35,410 nucleotides of DNA from Fidelibacterota bacterium (GCA_034723415.1 JAYEOX010000135.1:1-35410), one strand, 5' to 3'; positions 1 to 11,054 are shown, counted from the first letter of the stretch. The notes: generated by a model not told the origin, from the letters alone. Made by a program: numbers and translations.

Positions 1-24
1 TATAACTTTACAACCTTAAAATAT

Positions 25-588
25 CTAATATGATTCATCTCGCCATTTATAAATTTTCCATTCATCATTTTTTTTCTTAACAAATTCGTAATTAGCCGTG
101 CCTTCGATGACGATTTCATCTCCCAAATTCAACTCAAATGTTTTTGAAACCGTTGCACTATTAGCTTGCGAAAATAGAGTATCTTGCTGAACAATTAATG
201 AATCATCAACGAAATATGAAAAATTACTATCCAAAGTAGAATTCCAAATCAAATTTATATGGGAAAATGCTCGAAAAATTCTCCCTGTCGTTTTCAATTC
301 AACTTCCAAAAGCCAAGAATCATAATGTCCACTTCCGCCATTATCATCTGCATTATAATAAATAAATACAAAATCAGAATCAAATAAATTTGAATAAATT
401 AAACTATCACGATAAATATATGAATATTGAAAATTCTCCAAAACATCATTTGGTGTTGCCAAAAATCTGTTAAAAATCATTCGTTCATCAGTGAAATTTT
501 TTAATTGTGGTGCAAAAATATTTTTACAACTCACTTGAAAAATTAATACTAAAATAAAAAATACAAATATTTTATTTTTTTTAATCAT
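25..588 (-). CDS. Hypothetical lipoprotein (possible NTF2/SnoaL-like fold)
   Basis: ORF 25..597 with ATG at 588. Signal peptide with a lipobox-like QVS-C. C-terminal WKIYKWRD parallels the WVIYYFED end of the neighbouring ORF. Confidence 0.7.
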   Translation of the reverse strand: MIKKNKIFVFFILVLIFQVSCKNIFAPQLKNFTDERMIFNRFLATPNDVLENFQYSYIYRDSLIYSNLFDSDFVFIYYNADDNGGSGHYDSWLLEVELKTTGRIFRAFSHINLIWNSTLDSNFSYFVDDSLIVQQDTLFSQANSATVSKTFELNLGDEIVIEGTANYEFVKKKNDEWKIYKWRDESY

Positions 589-597
589 AATAAGCAA

Positions 598-1182
598 TTA
601 AAAATATTCTTTTAAATCTGTCCAATTTGGTAATACTTCAGAAATGGAAATATCTTCAAAATAGTATATTACCCAATAATTTTGCGGGTTCTTCATCAAC
701 ATAATATTTGCCGAACCAATAAATTTATTATTCAAATTGTCATAATCATGATGAATCTTAATCTCATATTCTATATTATACTGAACCGAGTCGCCAAAAC
801 TATTCAACTTAATTTTATCTAAAATATTCATTTGAAAAATCGAATCTTTAGAACAAGATGACAAAATATTTTGAAAAAAAACTAACTCCTCCACTCTTCC
901 CCAATTTAAAAATTTATCGGGATTGTCAACAGTCGCAGTCGGAATAAAAATAAATTTTACTCCGTTATTACTTGCAGAATCTGAGAAACATTTTATATAA
1001 CTATCGTATTCTCTATATTGAAAAGCATCCGTCATATTTTCAAAAACCGTGTTTGATTCTGTCGGCAATTCCCAATGAATATCTGATGGATTAATTGGTT
1101 TTTCATTTTCTCTAAATAGTTGTTCACAAGAAAAAATAGTAATCAAAAACACTATAACAAATATTTTAGGAACACTTTTCAT
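598..1182 (-). CDS. Hypothetical lipoprotein, probable distant paralog of 25..588
   Basis: 194-aa ORF with hydrophobic N-terminus and IFS-C lipobox. TESNTVFENM resembles TPNDVLENF in the adjacent ORF. Confidence 0.7.
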   Translation of the reverse strand: MKSVPKIFVIVFLITIFSCEQLFRENEKPINPSDIHWELPTESNTVFENMTDAFQYREYDSYIKCFSDSASNNGVKFIFIPTATVDNPDKFLNWGRVEELVFFQNILSSCSKDSIFQMNILDKIKLNSFGDSVQYNIEYEIKIHHDYDNLNNKFIGSANIMLMKNPQNYWVIYYFEDISISEVLPNWTDLKEYF

Positions 1183-1189
1183 TTATATT

Positions 1190-2344
1190 TTAATCAGTTA
1201 AATATTTTTTCAGAATATCAACTTTATCTGTTTTTTCCCAAGAAAAATTTTCTTCTGCCCTACCAAAATGGCCATAAGCTGATGTCTTTTTATAAATTGG
1301 TTTTTTGAGATCAAGATGCTCTATTATCTCATATGGTTTCAATGGAAATTCTGCACGAATAATTCTTGCCAATTCATCTTCATCAATTTTTCCAGTTCCA
1401 AATGTGTCAATAAATAATGAAACTGGCTCGGCTTCGCCAATAGAATATGCCAATTCAACTTCACACTTTTTCGCAATGCCACTTGCTACAATATTTTTTG
1501 CAATATATCTTGCCATATATGCCCCTGACCTATCAACTTTCGATGGATCTTTTCCGGAAAATGCACCGCCACCATGACGAGAATATCCGCCATAAGTATC
1601 AACAATAATTTTTCTACCCGTTAATCCTGCATCTGCCATCGGTCCACCTGTTTCAAATCTTCCCGTGGCATTTATATAATATTTAGTTTCATCATCAATC
1701 CATTTACCTAAAATCGGTTGAATTACGAATTCTTTAATATCTTTCTTTAGATCTTCATTTTTGATATATTTCTTATGATGAATTGCAATCACAACTGAAC
1801 TAACTCGCTTGGGAATACCGTTTTCATATTCTACAGTCACTTGACTTTTGCCATCAGGCAATGCCCAATCAACTATTTTCTTTTTTCTTATCTCTGTTAA
1901 TCTGTGTGCTAATTTATGTGCAAGTATAATCGGAAGTGGCATCAATTCTTTTGTCTCATCACAAGCAAATCCAAACATCAAACCTTGGTCTCCTGCTCCC
2001 TGTTCATGATTTTCATATTCATTTACTCCGCTTGCAATATCTCCACTTTGCTCATCAACTGAAACCATCACCGAACAATTTTTACTATCCAATCCGGCTT
2101 CTCTATTGTTATATCCAATTTCATCTAAAGTTTCTCTAACAATTTTATTTATCGGAACATAACATTCAGTTGAAATTTCTCCAACTACCATTATCATACC
2201 TGTAGTAGCCAGTGTCTCACAAGCCACTCGTGCATTCGGATCTTCATTTAAAATTGCATCTAAAATCGAATCTGATATTTTATCACATACCTTATCCGGA
2301 TGTCCTTCTGTTACTGATTCTGATGTAAAATAGTACTTACTCAT
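1190..2344 (-). CDS. metK: S-adenosylmethionine synthetase
   Basis: Motifs [33 protein letters not shown] and [16 protein letters not shown]. Likely start is the second ATG (2344), after an AGGAG RBS. Confidence 0.98.
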   Translation of the reverse strand: MSKYYFTSESVTEGHPDKVCDKISDSILDAILNEDPNARVACETLATTGMIMVVGEISTECYVPINKIVRETLDEIGYNNREAGLDSKNCSVMVSVDEQSGDIASGVNEYENHEQGAGDQGLMFGFACDETKELMPLPIILAHKLAHRLTEIRKKKIVDWALPDGKSQVTVEYENGIPKRVSSVVIAIHHKKYIKNEDLKKDIKEFVIQPILGKWIDDETKYYINATGRFETGGPMADAGLTGRKIIVDTYGGYSRHGGGAFSGKDPSKVDRSGAYMARYIAKNIVASGIAKKCEVELAYSIGEAEPVSLFIDTFGTGKIDEDELARIIRAEFPLKPYEIIEHLDLKKPIYKKTSAYGHFGRAEENFSWEKTDKVDILKKYLTD

Positions 2345-2365
2345 TCTTTTTTCTCCTGTCATTTT

Positions 2366-3340
2366 TTATTCAGAAATTACTGAATTATCACCAATACTCA
2401 ATGAAGATAATTTCCCTTCTAATATTACCGCTTCACCAATAATTGATTTGTTCATTAATTTGCTTGATATTGTTGTATTTTTATTTATTATAGAATTTGA
2501 AATAATGCTATTTTTTATTTCTACACTTTTTCCCAATGATACATTAGGTCCAATAATAGAATCGGATATTTTTACATTTTCTTCTATGAATACATTTTCT
2601 TTTATTATTGAATTTGGAAATTGCTTATCCGTTTTTGATATTTTAGATAACAGATAATTATTTGTTGAAAGTAATGTCTCTTCAGTTCCACAATCATACC
2701 AATCATCAATCTGCATCGCTCTAATATTTTCGCCTTCGTCAATCATAATCTGAAGTGCATCGGTTATCTGATATTCGCCACGAGTTTTTATATCTTCGTC
2801 AATCAATTTCTCTATCGCATTCTTTAGAAGTTTCTGACTGCGAACAAGATAAATTCCTGCAATTGCCAAGTCGCTTTTTGGATTGTCCGGTTTTTCTACC
2901 ATTCTTGTTATATTCTCTTCTGAATCTGTTTCTACAATTCCAAATCTCTGGGGATTATCGACTTTCACTACTGCCATAATATTTTTATCTTTAACGGCTA
3001 ATTTTTTATAATCCGTCTCTATAATTGTATCGCCAAGAATAATTAAAGCGGATTCTTCACTATCATCTAATCCTTGCAAAATCGCATGTCCAAGTCCTTT
3101 CATCTCTTTCTGCAATGGGAATTTGCATTCAATAGAATAATTATCATTAAAATACTTTTCAACTACTTCATGCATATAACCGACAATTATTGAAAGTTCC
3201 GTAATTCCGGCATCAATTAATCTGTCAATAATATGTGCAATTATTGGTTTCCCTGCAATATTTAACATCACTTTGGGATTTGTAAAAGTATGTGGTCGTA
3301 ATCTCGTTCCAACTCCTGCCGCAGGAATTATTGCTTTCAT
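2366..3340 (-). CDS. Sugar-phosphate nucleotidyltransferase (glucose-1-phosphate thymidylyltransferase-like) with C-terminal left-handed beta-helix
   Basis: AAGVGTRLRPHT..PK, VEKP, GEYQITDA and WYDCG motifs, plus hexapeptide repeats at the C-terminus. Confidence 0.9.
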   Translation of the reverse strand: MKAIIPAAGVGTRLRPHTFTNPKVMLNIAGKPIIAHIIDRLIDAGITELSIIVGYMHEVVEKYFNDNYSIECKFPLQKEMKGLGHAILQGLDDSEESALIILGDTIIETDYKKLAVKDKNIMAVVKVDNPQRFGIVETDSEENITRMVEKPDNPKSDLAIAGIYLVRSQKLLKNAIEKLIDEDIKTRGEYQITDALQIMIDEGENIRAMQIDDWYDCGTEETLLSTNNYLLSKISKTDKQFPNSIIKENVFIEENVKISDSIIGPNVSLGKSVEIKNSIISNSIINKNTTISSKLMNKSIIGEAVILEGKLSSLSIGDNSVISE

Positions 3341-3404
3341 TTATCTCTCCTTCTATTTTGAAATTCTATATCTATAAATTTTCTTCATATTATAATTCTT
3401 ATCA

Positions 3405-4388
3405 TTATTCAAAATCACCTTTAAATCTCTCATCATTCATTGTTGAAACATTTTTCTTTGCTTTCATTTTATTTATTAATTTTTCCTGTAATTCTTTAGA
3501 GGGATCTTCTCCATATAATTTCTGCAAATATCTTAACGCAATTGTTTCTATAATTACCGTAATATTTTTTCCGGGATAAATTGGTAACTTTATGAAAGGA
3601 ATGTCAATACCTAATATTTTACTATATTCATCCTGTAATCCAAATCTTTCATATTCTTTATTAACATTCCAACGATGTAATTCAACATGTTGTTCAATCC
3701 TTTTTCTTGCTCTGACTGCTCTGATTCCAAATGCTTTTCTTACATTTACAATACCTAGTCCTCTGACTTCAAGTGTATTTTGTAGCAGTTCTTCTCCATA
3801 ACCCATGATAATTCTATCATCTGTTTTTTCTATATTTACAATATCATCGGCAACTAATCTATGTCCGCGTTCAACAAGATCAAGAGCAATTTCACTTTTA
3901 CCAATACCACTTTTACCTGTAAGCAATATTCCGGCACCGTAAACATCAATAAGACCTCCATGAAATATAGTCCGAGGAGCTAATTCCTTATATAAATATG
4001 AACCGACCAATTTCATAAAACGCATTATCTTCATTTGAGTTTTCATTATCGGGACTTTATACTTATTGGCAATTTCTACTATTATTGGTGGGATTTCATT
4101 TACTTCAATAAAAACTATACATGGAATATGAAAAGAAAACATTCTTTCAAAAACTGATTGTAAGGCCATTGAAGAAATAGAAAATAAATACTTTAATTCC
4201 TTTTCACTTATTACCTGTATATTATCAACAGAAAAATTCTCCCAATATCCTGTCAACTCCAATCCGGGAATATTCAATTTCGGAGAAGAAATAACTGTTT
4301 CCGCTCCTATAGGATTATTTATGTATTTTAAATTAGTCCTATTTTCTATATCATCATAAAATTTTTGGATGTTTAATTTTTTACTCAT
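3405..4388 (-). CDS. hprK: HPr(Ser) kinase/phosphorylase
   Basis: Walker A GKSGIGKSE, HRLVADD and the LEVRGLGIVN signature. Confidence 0.96.
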   Translation of the reverse strand: MSKKLNIQKFYDDIENRTNLKYINNPIGAETVISSPKLNIPGLELTGYWENFSVDNIQVISEKELKYLFSISSMALQSVFERMFSFHIPCIVFIEVNEIPPIIVEIANKYKVPIMKTQMKIMRFMKLVGSYLYKELAPRTIFHGGLIDVYGAGILLTGKSGIGKSEIALDLVERGHRLVADDIVNIEKTDDRIIMGYGEELLQNTLEVRGLGIVNVRKAFGIRAVRARKRIEQHVELHRWNVNKEYERFGLQDEYSKILGIDIPFIKLPIYPGKNITVIIETIALRYLQKLYGEDPSKELQEKLINKMKAKKNVSTMNDERFKGDFE

Positions 4389-4391
4389 AAT

Positions 4392-4679
4392 TTATTGTCT
4401 TAATTTTTCTTTATATTTTTTTAATTGTCTTACCATTTTCCCTATGGCTTCGTCTATTGCTTTCGTTTCCTCATCTGCTTTTTGTTTAATAACTAATTGC
4501 TTTTTCGGAACATTAACAATTATTTCAACACCATGTTGAGAATGCGCTTCCACCTCTAAAATTACCTGTGCATCTATTATTCTATCATAAATTTTTGATA
4601 ACCGTCCCATCTCAATTTCAATATATTCTTTTAAATTATCCGATAAATCGATATGTCTTGCAGTTATTTCAATTTTCAT
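4392..4679 (-). CDS. hpf: Ribosome hibernation promoting factor / RaiA family (short form)
   Basis: MKIEITARH..LKEYIE and QLKKYKEK motifs. Start probably at 4679 after GGAGGAG. Typical position between xerC and hprK. Confidence 0.9.
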   Translation of the reverse strand: MKIEITARHIDLSDNLKEYIEIEMGRLSKIYDRIIDAQVILEVEAHSQHGVEIIVNVPKKQLVIKQKADEETKAIDEAIGKMVRQLKKYKEKLRQ

Positions 4680-4776
4680 ATTCTCCTCCATTTTTTTTAT
4701 TAATTTTCATTACCTTTACAATTTCCTCATTGTTATAATATAATAATTATTATTACATTAATTTCTATTTAATTTA

Positions 4777-5685
4777 TTAATCTGCACGTGGATGAGCTTG
4801 TTTATAAGATTTTAATAAATGTTTCATTTTAATATGAGTATAAATTTGGGTTGATGACAAACTTGAATGACCCAATAAAGCTCTCACTGACTCCAAATCC
4901 GCACCATTATCTAATAGTTGCGTTGCAAATGAGTGACGCAACACATGTGGACTATTTTTTTTGCTTCCTTTTGACACAACCCTTAAATATTTCTCAATTC
5001 TATATTGGACCGAGCGATTTGTAATTCTCCTATTTCGAGACGAAATAAATAGCGGACTTCCATTTGTGAAATTCCCATACTTTTCCTTTCTGAATATGAA
5101 ATATTTTTCAACTGCATTTATTGCATGTTTTCCCAATGGCAACACTCTCTCTTTGTTTCCTTTACCAATTACAGTTACCAATCCACTATAAAGATCTAAA
5201 TCATTGATATTCAAACCAACTAACTCACTAAGCCGAATTCCTGCACCATAAAATACTTCTAAAATCGCAAGATCACGACTATGAATAAAATTATCTGCCT
5301 TATTTATCTCGAAAATTTCCTTTGTTTGCTCTTCACTCAATCCGGTTGGTAATGACTTTGATATTTTCGGCGATCTTATCGCATAACAAGGATTAACTTT
5401 TATCCATTCATTTTTCATGACAAATTTGAAAAATGATTTTAATGTGGCTAATTTTCTAGCAATTGATCTCGGTGAATATTTCTTTTCCGATAACATTCCT
5501 AAAAAATGTCTAACTGTAAACTTATCAACATCTTTAATATATATTTTGGGTTTTGAAAAATATTCTGTACAAAATAAATGGAATTGGTTTAAATCTTCAT
5601 CATAAGAATTTTGAGTATAAAATGAATATTTTCTTACATTTTTTAGATATTTTATAAATTTCTCTTTTACTTTATTAAAATCCAT
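4777..5685 (-). CDS. xerC: Tyrosine recombinase XerC
   Basis: Full catalytic set: GIRLSEL, GKGNKER, HVLRHSFAT, LLGHSSLSSTQIYTH. C-terminal AHPRA and housekeeping context. Confidence 0.9.
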   Translation of the reverse strand: MDFNKVKEKFIKYLKNVRKYSFYTQNSYDEDLNQFHLFCTEYFSKPKIYIKDVDKFTVRHFLGMLSEKKYSPRSIARKLATLKSFFKFVMKNEWIKVNPCYAIRSPKISKSLPTGLSEEQTKEIFEINKADNFIHSRDLAILEVFYGAGIRLSELVGLNINDLDLYSGLVTVIGKGNKERVLPLGKHAINAVEKYFIFRKEKYGNFTNGSPLFISSRNRRITNRSVQYRIEKYLRVVSKGSKKNSPHVLRHSFATQLLDNGADLESVRALLGHSSLSSTQIYTHIKMKHLLKSYKQAHPRAD

Positions 5686-5768
5686 TTAAATACCTTGTAA
5701 GTTTTTCTAATCATTTAAAAAATTTTATAACCATGTTTTAAATTATAATTTTTCTAATACAAATTCAA

Positions 5769-6788
5769 CTATTTTAATTCTTTTTTCATAATCGAAATAA
5801 CATTTTTGATATCATCGGGAATTGGAGCAGTTAATTTCATAATTTTGTCAGTTGTCGGGTAAGTAAATTCCATTTGGTAGCTATGTAATGCCTGTCTTTT
5901 AATATTATCCATTACTTCAATGGCAATTTTTCTATGTCTCGGATTAAGTGTTTTTAAGCGTTTAATTCTACCACCATAATCTGTATCACCAAGAATAGGA
6001 TGATTGATATTAGAAAAATGCACACGAATTTGATGAGTCCTACCTGTAATGATCCGTATTTTTACTAAGCTCATAAATTCATATTCTTCCAATACTTCAT
6101 AATGTGTTTCAGCATATTTACCTCTTTCCGAACCATTAGAAACGACTGTAAATTTTTGTCTGTTGGATTTACTTCTTCCGATTTTATTAATTATTTTACC
6201 GGATTTCTCTTTTAATTTTCCCCAAACTAAAGCAAGATAATGTTTATTTATTTCTCTCTTTTCAAATTTCTTCGCCATCAAATTATGAGCAATATTATTC
6301 TTTGCAGCAATAATAATTCCAGAAGTATTTTTATCTAATCTATGAACAATTCCAGGCCGATATTCTCCACCTACATTAGATAATGTTGTGCAATGATGAG
6401 CCAGCGCATTTACCAAAGTTCCAGTGCGATTTCCTACTCCTGGATGAACAACTAAACCTGGAGGTTTATTTATTACAATAAGATCATCGTCTTCATAAAT
6501 AAAATCCAATGGAATATTTTCCGGCTCAACTTGCAATCTTTTTAATCGCGGAATTTTAACAGTTATAATATCATCTTTCTTAATTTTTGTTGAAGGTTTT
6601 TTTATATTTTCATCATTTCTTATTATTAAATTCCGTTCAATTAATTCCTGAACTTTTGTACGTGAAATACCACTGATCTGCGTAGTAATAAATACATCAA
6701 TACGCATCAGCTTTGTTTTTTTGGGGACTACTATTTTAAAAGTTTGAGTTTCTACTGTCTCTTGATAGAGTAGATCTTTTAAATTCAT
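5769..6788 (-). CDS. rluD: RluA/RluD-family 23S rRNA pseudouridine synthase
   Basis: N-terminal S4 domain, NKPPGLVVHP, catalytic HRLDKNTSG and TGRTHQIRVH. Confidence 0.9.
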   Translation of the reverse strand: MNLKDLLYQETVETQTFKIVVPKKTKLMRIDVFITTQISGISRTKVQELIERNLIIRNDENIKKPSTKIKKDDIITVKIPRLKRLQVEPENIPLDFIYEDDDLIVINKPPGLVVHPGVGNRTGTLVNALAHHCTTLSNVGGEYRPGIVHRLDKNTSGIIIAAKNNIAHNLMAKKFEKREINKHYLALVWGKLKEKSGKIINKIGRSKSNRQKFTVVSNGSERGKYAETHYEVLEEYEFMSLVKIRIITGRTHQIRVHFSNINHPILGDTDYGGRIKRLKTLNPRHRKIAIEVMDNIKRQALHSYQMEFTYPTTDKIMKLTAPIPDDIKNVISIMKKELK

Positions 6789-6870
6789 ATATTTAAATAA
6801 TTATGATATATTTTTTCTTTCATTATTGAATATTTTACAAAATTTATTTTTTAATTTCAATATTTATACT

Positions 6871-6903
6871 AAACTCCCGAAGTTTTTAAAACTTCGGAAG
6901 TTT
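6871..6903. repeat. REP-like palindromic hairpin downstream of pnp; may also act as a terminator
   Basis: AAACTCCCGAAGTTTTTAAAACTTCGGAAGTTT is a near-perfect inverted repeat. A half-copy AAACTTCCAAAGTTT lies at 23395. Confidence 0.65.
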
Positions 6904-6924
6904 AATAATATAAAATTATTTTAT

Positions 6925-9063
6925 TTATCTACGATTTCTATCTCTATTAAAACTTTTTCTTTTATTTTCAAATCCTTCCGGTTTCTCAGTTAATCGTTTC
7001 ATACTTAATTTTAATTTCCCTTGTGGATTGGTATCAAATAATTTTACTTTTACTTTATCACCGGTTTTTAAGACATCTGTAACTTTTTCAACTCGTTCCC
7101 ATTTTAATTCTGATATATGAACCAATCCTTCAACACCAGGTAAGATTTCAACAAAAGCACCAAAATCCAAAATATTTTTTACTTCGCCTTCATAAGTTTT
7201 GCCTATTTCCGGCTCTTCAATAATCGCTAATATCATATCTTCTGCTTCTTTTGCCGCTTTACTATCGTTAGAAAATATATTTACACTTCCTTCATTTTCA
7301 TCTTGATCTATATCTATTTCAACACCGGTTTTTGCAACAATCTCCTTGATCATTTTGCCGGATGGACCAATAATTGCACCAATTTTATCTACAGGGACTT
7401 TAATTGATTTAATTCTTGGAGCATATTTATTTAACTCTTTTCTCGGTTCAATCAATGTTTCCTTCATTTTATTAAGAATATGTATTCTGCCTTCACGAGC
7501 TTGTTCCAAAGCAGCTTCCATTCTCTCAAAAGACAATCCTTTAATTTTTAAATCCATTTGAATTGCTGTAATTCCATCTTCTGTTCCGGTAACTTTAAAA
7601 TCCATATCTCCATAATGATCTTCTTCACCCAAAATATCAGATAATACTACAAACTCATCACCATCAGTAATCATTCCCATTGCTATTCCACTCACCATTT
7701 TCTTTATATTTATTCCGGCATCCATTAAGGATAGAGATCCGCCACAAACCGATGCCATTGAAGAGGAACCGTTTGATTCTAAAATATCACTAACAACACG
7801 AATTGTATAAGGAAATTTATCCTTGTGAGGAATCATATATTTCAATGCTCTTTCTGCTAAATTTCCATGTCCGATCTCTCTACGACTAACGCTGAATCTC
7901 ATTCTTGTTTCACCGGTTGCAAATGGTGGAAAATTATATTGCAACATATATTGCTTATCAGCTGAGCCATCAATGTTATCTAACATTTGTGTATCTTTAG
8001 TTGACCCTAAAGTTGTAACCACAAGTGCTTGTGTTTCACCACGAGTAAATAGTGCTGAACCGTGTGTCCTTGGTAATAATGAAACTTCCGAAGTAATTTT
8101 TCTAATTTCATTCGGTTTCCTACTATCAATTCTGATCTTATCTTTTAATATTCTTGTCCTGACTTTTTCCTTAACTCTATCATTGACAATATTTTTTATT
8201 CCCGAGCTTTTTTCTTCATAATCTTCACCATATTTCTCTTCTAATTCATCGAATATTTTTTTAGTTAATTCAACTCTTTCATTTTTATTGTCATTTTGAA
8301 TTAATTTATCGATCTTGCCTTCTGCAATTTCAAGAACTTCTTTCTTTAATTCATCATCTTCTTCGATCTCAGGTTTCTCTCTTTTTTTAGGATTAATTTC
8401 TGCGATCAATTCCTCTTGTAAATCGATTGTTTCAACTATGGAGTTATGAGCTTTTTTCATTACTTCTATGAATTCTTTTTCTGAAATTTCCTTTGCTTCT
8501 CCTTCAACCATATTTATGGAATCACGAGATCCTGCAATTATCATTTCAACATCGCCTTCTTCAATTTCATCAAACATTGGATTTACAATCAATTCCCCAT
8601 CTTTTCTTCCCATTCTTACTGTAGAAACCGGGCCGTCAAATGGAATATCAGAAATAGATAATGCAGTAGTAGCAGCGATTGCTCCTAAAATATCAGGTTG
8701 ATTTGAACCATCATAAGATAAAATACTTACCATTACCTGAGTTTCATAATACCAATTTTTTGGTAAAAGTGGTCTTATCTGTCTATCTATTAATCTTGCA
8801 CTTAAAACTTCTCTTTCCGAAGGTCTTCCCTCTCTTTTTATAAATCCACCGGGAATCTTCCCACCGGCATAAAATTTTTCTCTATAATCAACAGACAACG
8901 GAATGAAATCAGCTCCTTCTCTCATTGTCTTATTTGCTACTACAGTTGCCATTACTATTGTTTCACCTGCTTGAGCAAGAATAGCGCCATCTGCTTGTTT
9001 TGCCATTTTTCCAGTTTCAAGTGAAATCAATTTTCCATTTATCTCTTTTTGCTTTTTTATCAA
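6925..9063 (-). CDS. pnp: Polyribonucleotide nucleotidyltransferase (PNPase)
   Basis: Two RNase PH domains (RREIGHG, ESNGSSSMAS, GDMDFKV) plus KH and S1 domains. TTG start with AGGAG RBS. Confidence 0.98.
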   Translation of the reverse strand: MIKKQKEINGKLISLETGKMAKQADGAILAQAGETIVMATVVANKTMREGADFIPLSVDYREKFYAGGKIPGGFIKREGRPSEREVLSARLIDRQIRPLLPKNWYYETQVMVSILSYDGSNQPDILGAIAATTALSISDIPFDGPVSTVRMGRKDGELIVNPMFDEIEEGDVEMIIAGSRDSINMVEGEAKEISEKEFIEVMKKAHNSIVETIDLQEELIAEINPKKREKPEIEEDDELKKEVLEIAEGKIDKLIQNDNKNERVELTKKIFDELEEKYGEDYEEKSSGIKNIVNDRVKEKVRTRILKDKIRIDSRKPNEIRKITSEVSLLPRTHGSALFTRGETQALVVTTLGSTKDTQMLDNIDGSADKQYMLQYNFPPFATGETRMRFSVSRREIGHGNLAERALKYMIPHKDKFPYTIRVVSDILESNGSSSMASVCGGSLSLMDAGINIKKMVSGIAMGMITDGDEFVVLSDILGEEDHYGDMDFKVTGTEDGITAIQMDLKIKGLSFERMEAALEQAREGRIHILNKMKETLIEPRKELNKYAPRIKSIKVPVDKIGAIIGPSGKMIKEIVAKTGVEIDIDQDENEGSVNIFSNDSKAAKEAEDMILAIIEEPEIGKTYEGEVKNILDFGAFVEILPGVEGLVHISELKWERVEKVTDVLKTGDKVKVKLFDTNPQGKLKLSMKRLTEKPEGFENKRKSFNRDRNRR

Positions 9064-9118
9064 AATTTCTCCTTTATTAAAGCATTTGTAAAATAATTAT
9101 CAAATAAGAATACTAATC

Positions 9119-9394
9119 TTATTTTCTTATACCTAACTTTTTAATTAATTTGTTATAATCGTTCTGCCCTTCTTTTTTCATCACATATTTCAATAATCTT
9201 TTCCTTTTACCAATTAAAATCAATAAAGCTCTACGATTATGATTATCTTTTTTGTTTAACTTTAAATGTGCTGATAAATCTTTTATGCGTTGAGTTAACA
9301 TCGCAATTTGAACTTCCGGGCTACCTGTATCACCATTTTTTTTACCGTATTCTTTTACCATTTCTTCTTTTTGTGTTTTTGTTAATGTTGTCAT
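9119..9394 (-). CDS. rpsO: 30S ribosomal protein S15
   Basis: DTGSPEVQIAMLT and KLGIRK motifs. Located directly upstream of pnp. Confidence 0.97.
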   Translation of the reverse strand: MTTLTKTQKEEMVKEYGKKNGDTGSPEVQIAMLTQRIKDLSAHLKLNKKDNHNRRALLILIGKRKRLLKYVMKKEGQNDYNKLIKKLGIRK

Positions 9395-9474
9395 TTAAAA
9401 CTCCTTTGTTTTCTTTTTCAAATAAAAAGTTTTCTGTATTTAAATATCAATACACTTCTAACTTCTTAATATGA

Positions 9475-10413
9475 TTATTTTCTGTGAATAAAATATCTCT
9501 CACAATCACTGTTATCATTTGTTAATTGCTCACTGAACTGGTTTGCATTTTTATATATCCTTTCATTTCTTAACCAAGAATGAAATTTTATTTCAATTTC
9601 TTCACCATTAATATTTTTAATATTCCCATTGATGATATGAACTTCAATTGACAAACCTTTATCATTAAATGTTGGATTATAACCAACATTGCACATTCCA
9701 TTATAGATGTCATTATTAATTGATATTTCAACACAATATGCTCCAATCTTTGGTATGATCTTTTGGGATGATATCGGCTCTAAATTTAATGTGGGAAAAC
9801 CTAAATTCCTTCCTCTTTGTTTTCCAGAAATAATTTTACCTTTTAAAGTATATTTTCTTCCTAGAATATAATTCACTTTATCCATTTCACCGGTGGCTAA
9901 TAGGCGTCTTAGATTTGTGCTGCTTATATTATAACCATTATTTTCCAATTTTTCAATAACTTTTATTCCAAATTGGTGTTTTCTGCTTAATTTATTTAAT
10001 AATTTCGCATTACCATCATTATTTTTTCCAAAAGTATGTGTAGAACCTAAAATAATTTTTTTAACATCAATATATTTCAATATTATTTTTTCAATAAAAT
10101 CCCTTGAGGATACTTCAGCAAATTCCTTATTAAATGATTGAATTACAAACATATCTAATTTTGTTTCTGAAAGTATTTTTTTCTTTTCATTTAATGTAAT
10201 TATAAGTTTCATATCTTCTTTCTCAGATTGAAAAAATTCCCTGGGTGATGGATTAAAAGTTATCAAAATACTTTTCACATTTAATCGTTTTGACTCTTCT
10301 AATAAAGAATTAATAACCTTTTGATGTCCTAAATGTATCCCATCAAAATTCCCAACTGCAACAACTGCAGCGACTTTATTTTTAATATTATTTATATTAT
10401 TAATGATTTCCAT
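9475..10413 (-). CDS. ribF: Bifunctional riboflavin kinase/FAD synthetase
   Basis: GNFDGIHLGH, ISST, GRNLGFPTLN, NVGYNPT and IEVH motifs. Confidence 0.96.
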   Translation of the reverse strand: MEIINNINNIKNKVAAVVAVGNFDGIHLGHQKVINSLLEESKRLNVKSILITFNPSPREFFQSEKEDMKLIITLNEKKKILSETKLDMFVIQSFNKEFAEVSSRDFIEKIILKYIDVKKIILGSTHTFGKNNDGNAKLLNKLSRKHQFGIKVIEKLENNGYNISSTNLRRLLATGEMDKVNYILGRKYTLKGKIISGKQRGRNLGFPTLNLEPISSQKIIPKIGAYCVEISINNDIYNGMCNVGYNPTFNDKGLSIEVHIINGNIKNINGEEIEIKFHSWLRNERIYKNANQFSEQLTNDNSDCERYFIHRK

Positions 10414-11054
10414 TTTTCTTCAAACTCTTCAATTTTAAAACTATTATCTATCGAATATTCTCCTATTTTACTTCTCAACAATTCCTTAGCGTGTCCTCCA
10501 CATCCCAATTTTTCACCAATGTTATTTGCCAATACTCTAATGTAAGTTCCTTTTGAACATTCAACTTTTAACTTTAGAATATTATTAATATAACTTAAAA
10601 TATCAATATTATAAATGTTTATTTCTATTGCTTTTCTTTTCACTTCAATGCCTTGTCTTGCATATTTGTATAATCTTTTCCCATTGATTTTTTTAGCAGA
10701 ATACATTGGAGGAATTTGTTTTATTTTTCCTTTAAAAGAATCAATTACATCTTGAATTTGTGTCATAGAATATTTAGAAGTAATATTATTTTCCTTTATT
10801 ATTTTGCCGGTTCTATCCATTGTATCCGTTGAAATCCCTAATGTAATATCAACAATATATTCTTTCTTTGCGTTTTGATGCTCATCTAATTTCTTAGTAT
10901 GTTTTCCAAAACCCAATATTAATAATCCTGTAGCAAATGGATCCAAAGTACCTGCATGACCAACTTTTTTAAATTTTGTTATACCTCTCATTTTTTTCAC
11001 AACATCAAATGAAGTCCAATTAATCGGCTTATTTACTGGAATGGTCATACCCAC
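10392..11054 (-). CDS. truB: tRNA pseudouridine(55) synthase
   Basis: KVGHAGTLDPFATG, PPMYSA and CSKGTYIR motifs. Real start is probably GTG 11054 (or ATG 11048), just after the rbfA stop. Confidence 0.95.
   Translation of the reverse strand: MGMTIPVNKPINWTSFDVVKKMRGITKFKKVGHAGTLDPFATGLLILGFGKHTKKLDEHQNAKKEYIVDITLGISTDTMDRTGKIIKENNITSKYSMTQIQDVIDSFKGKIKQIPPMYSAKKINGKRLYKYARQGIEVKRKAIEINIYNIDILSYINNILKLKVECSKGTYIRVLANNIGEKLGCGGHAKELLRSKIGEYSIDNSFKIEEFEEKWKSLII

Noticed and set aside
4777..5685. xerC as a mobile-element integrase
   Set aside because: It has a housekeeping context (xerC-hpf-hprK) and no att sites or cargo.
9395..9474. S15 autoregulatory leader
   Set aside because: Expected by position, but no structure could be supported from the sequence.
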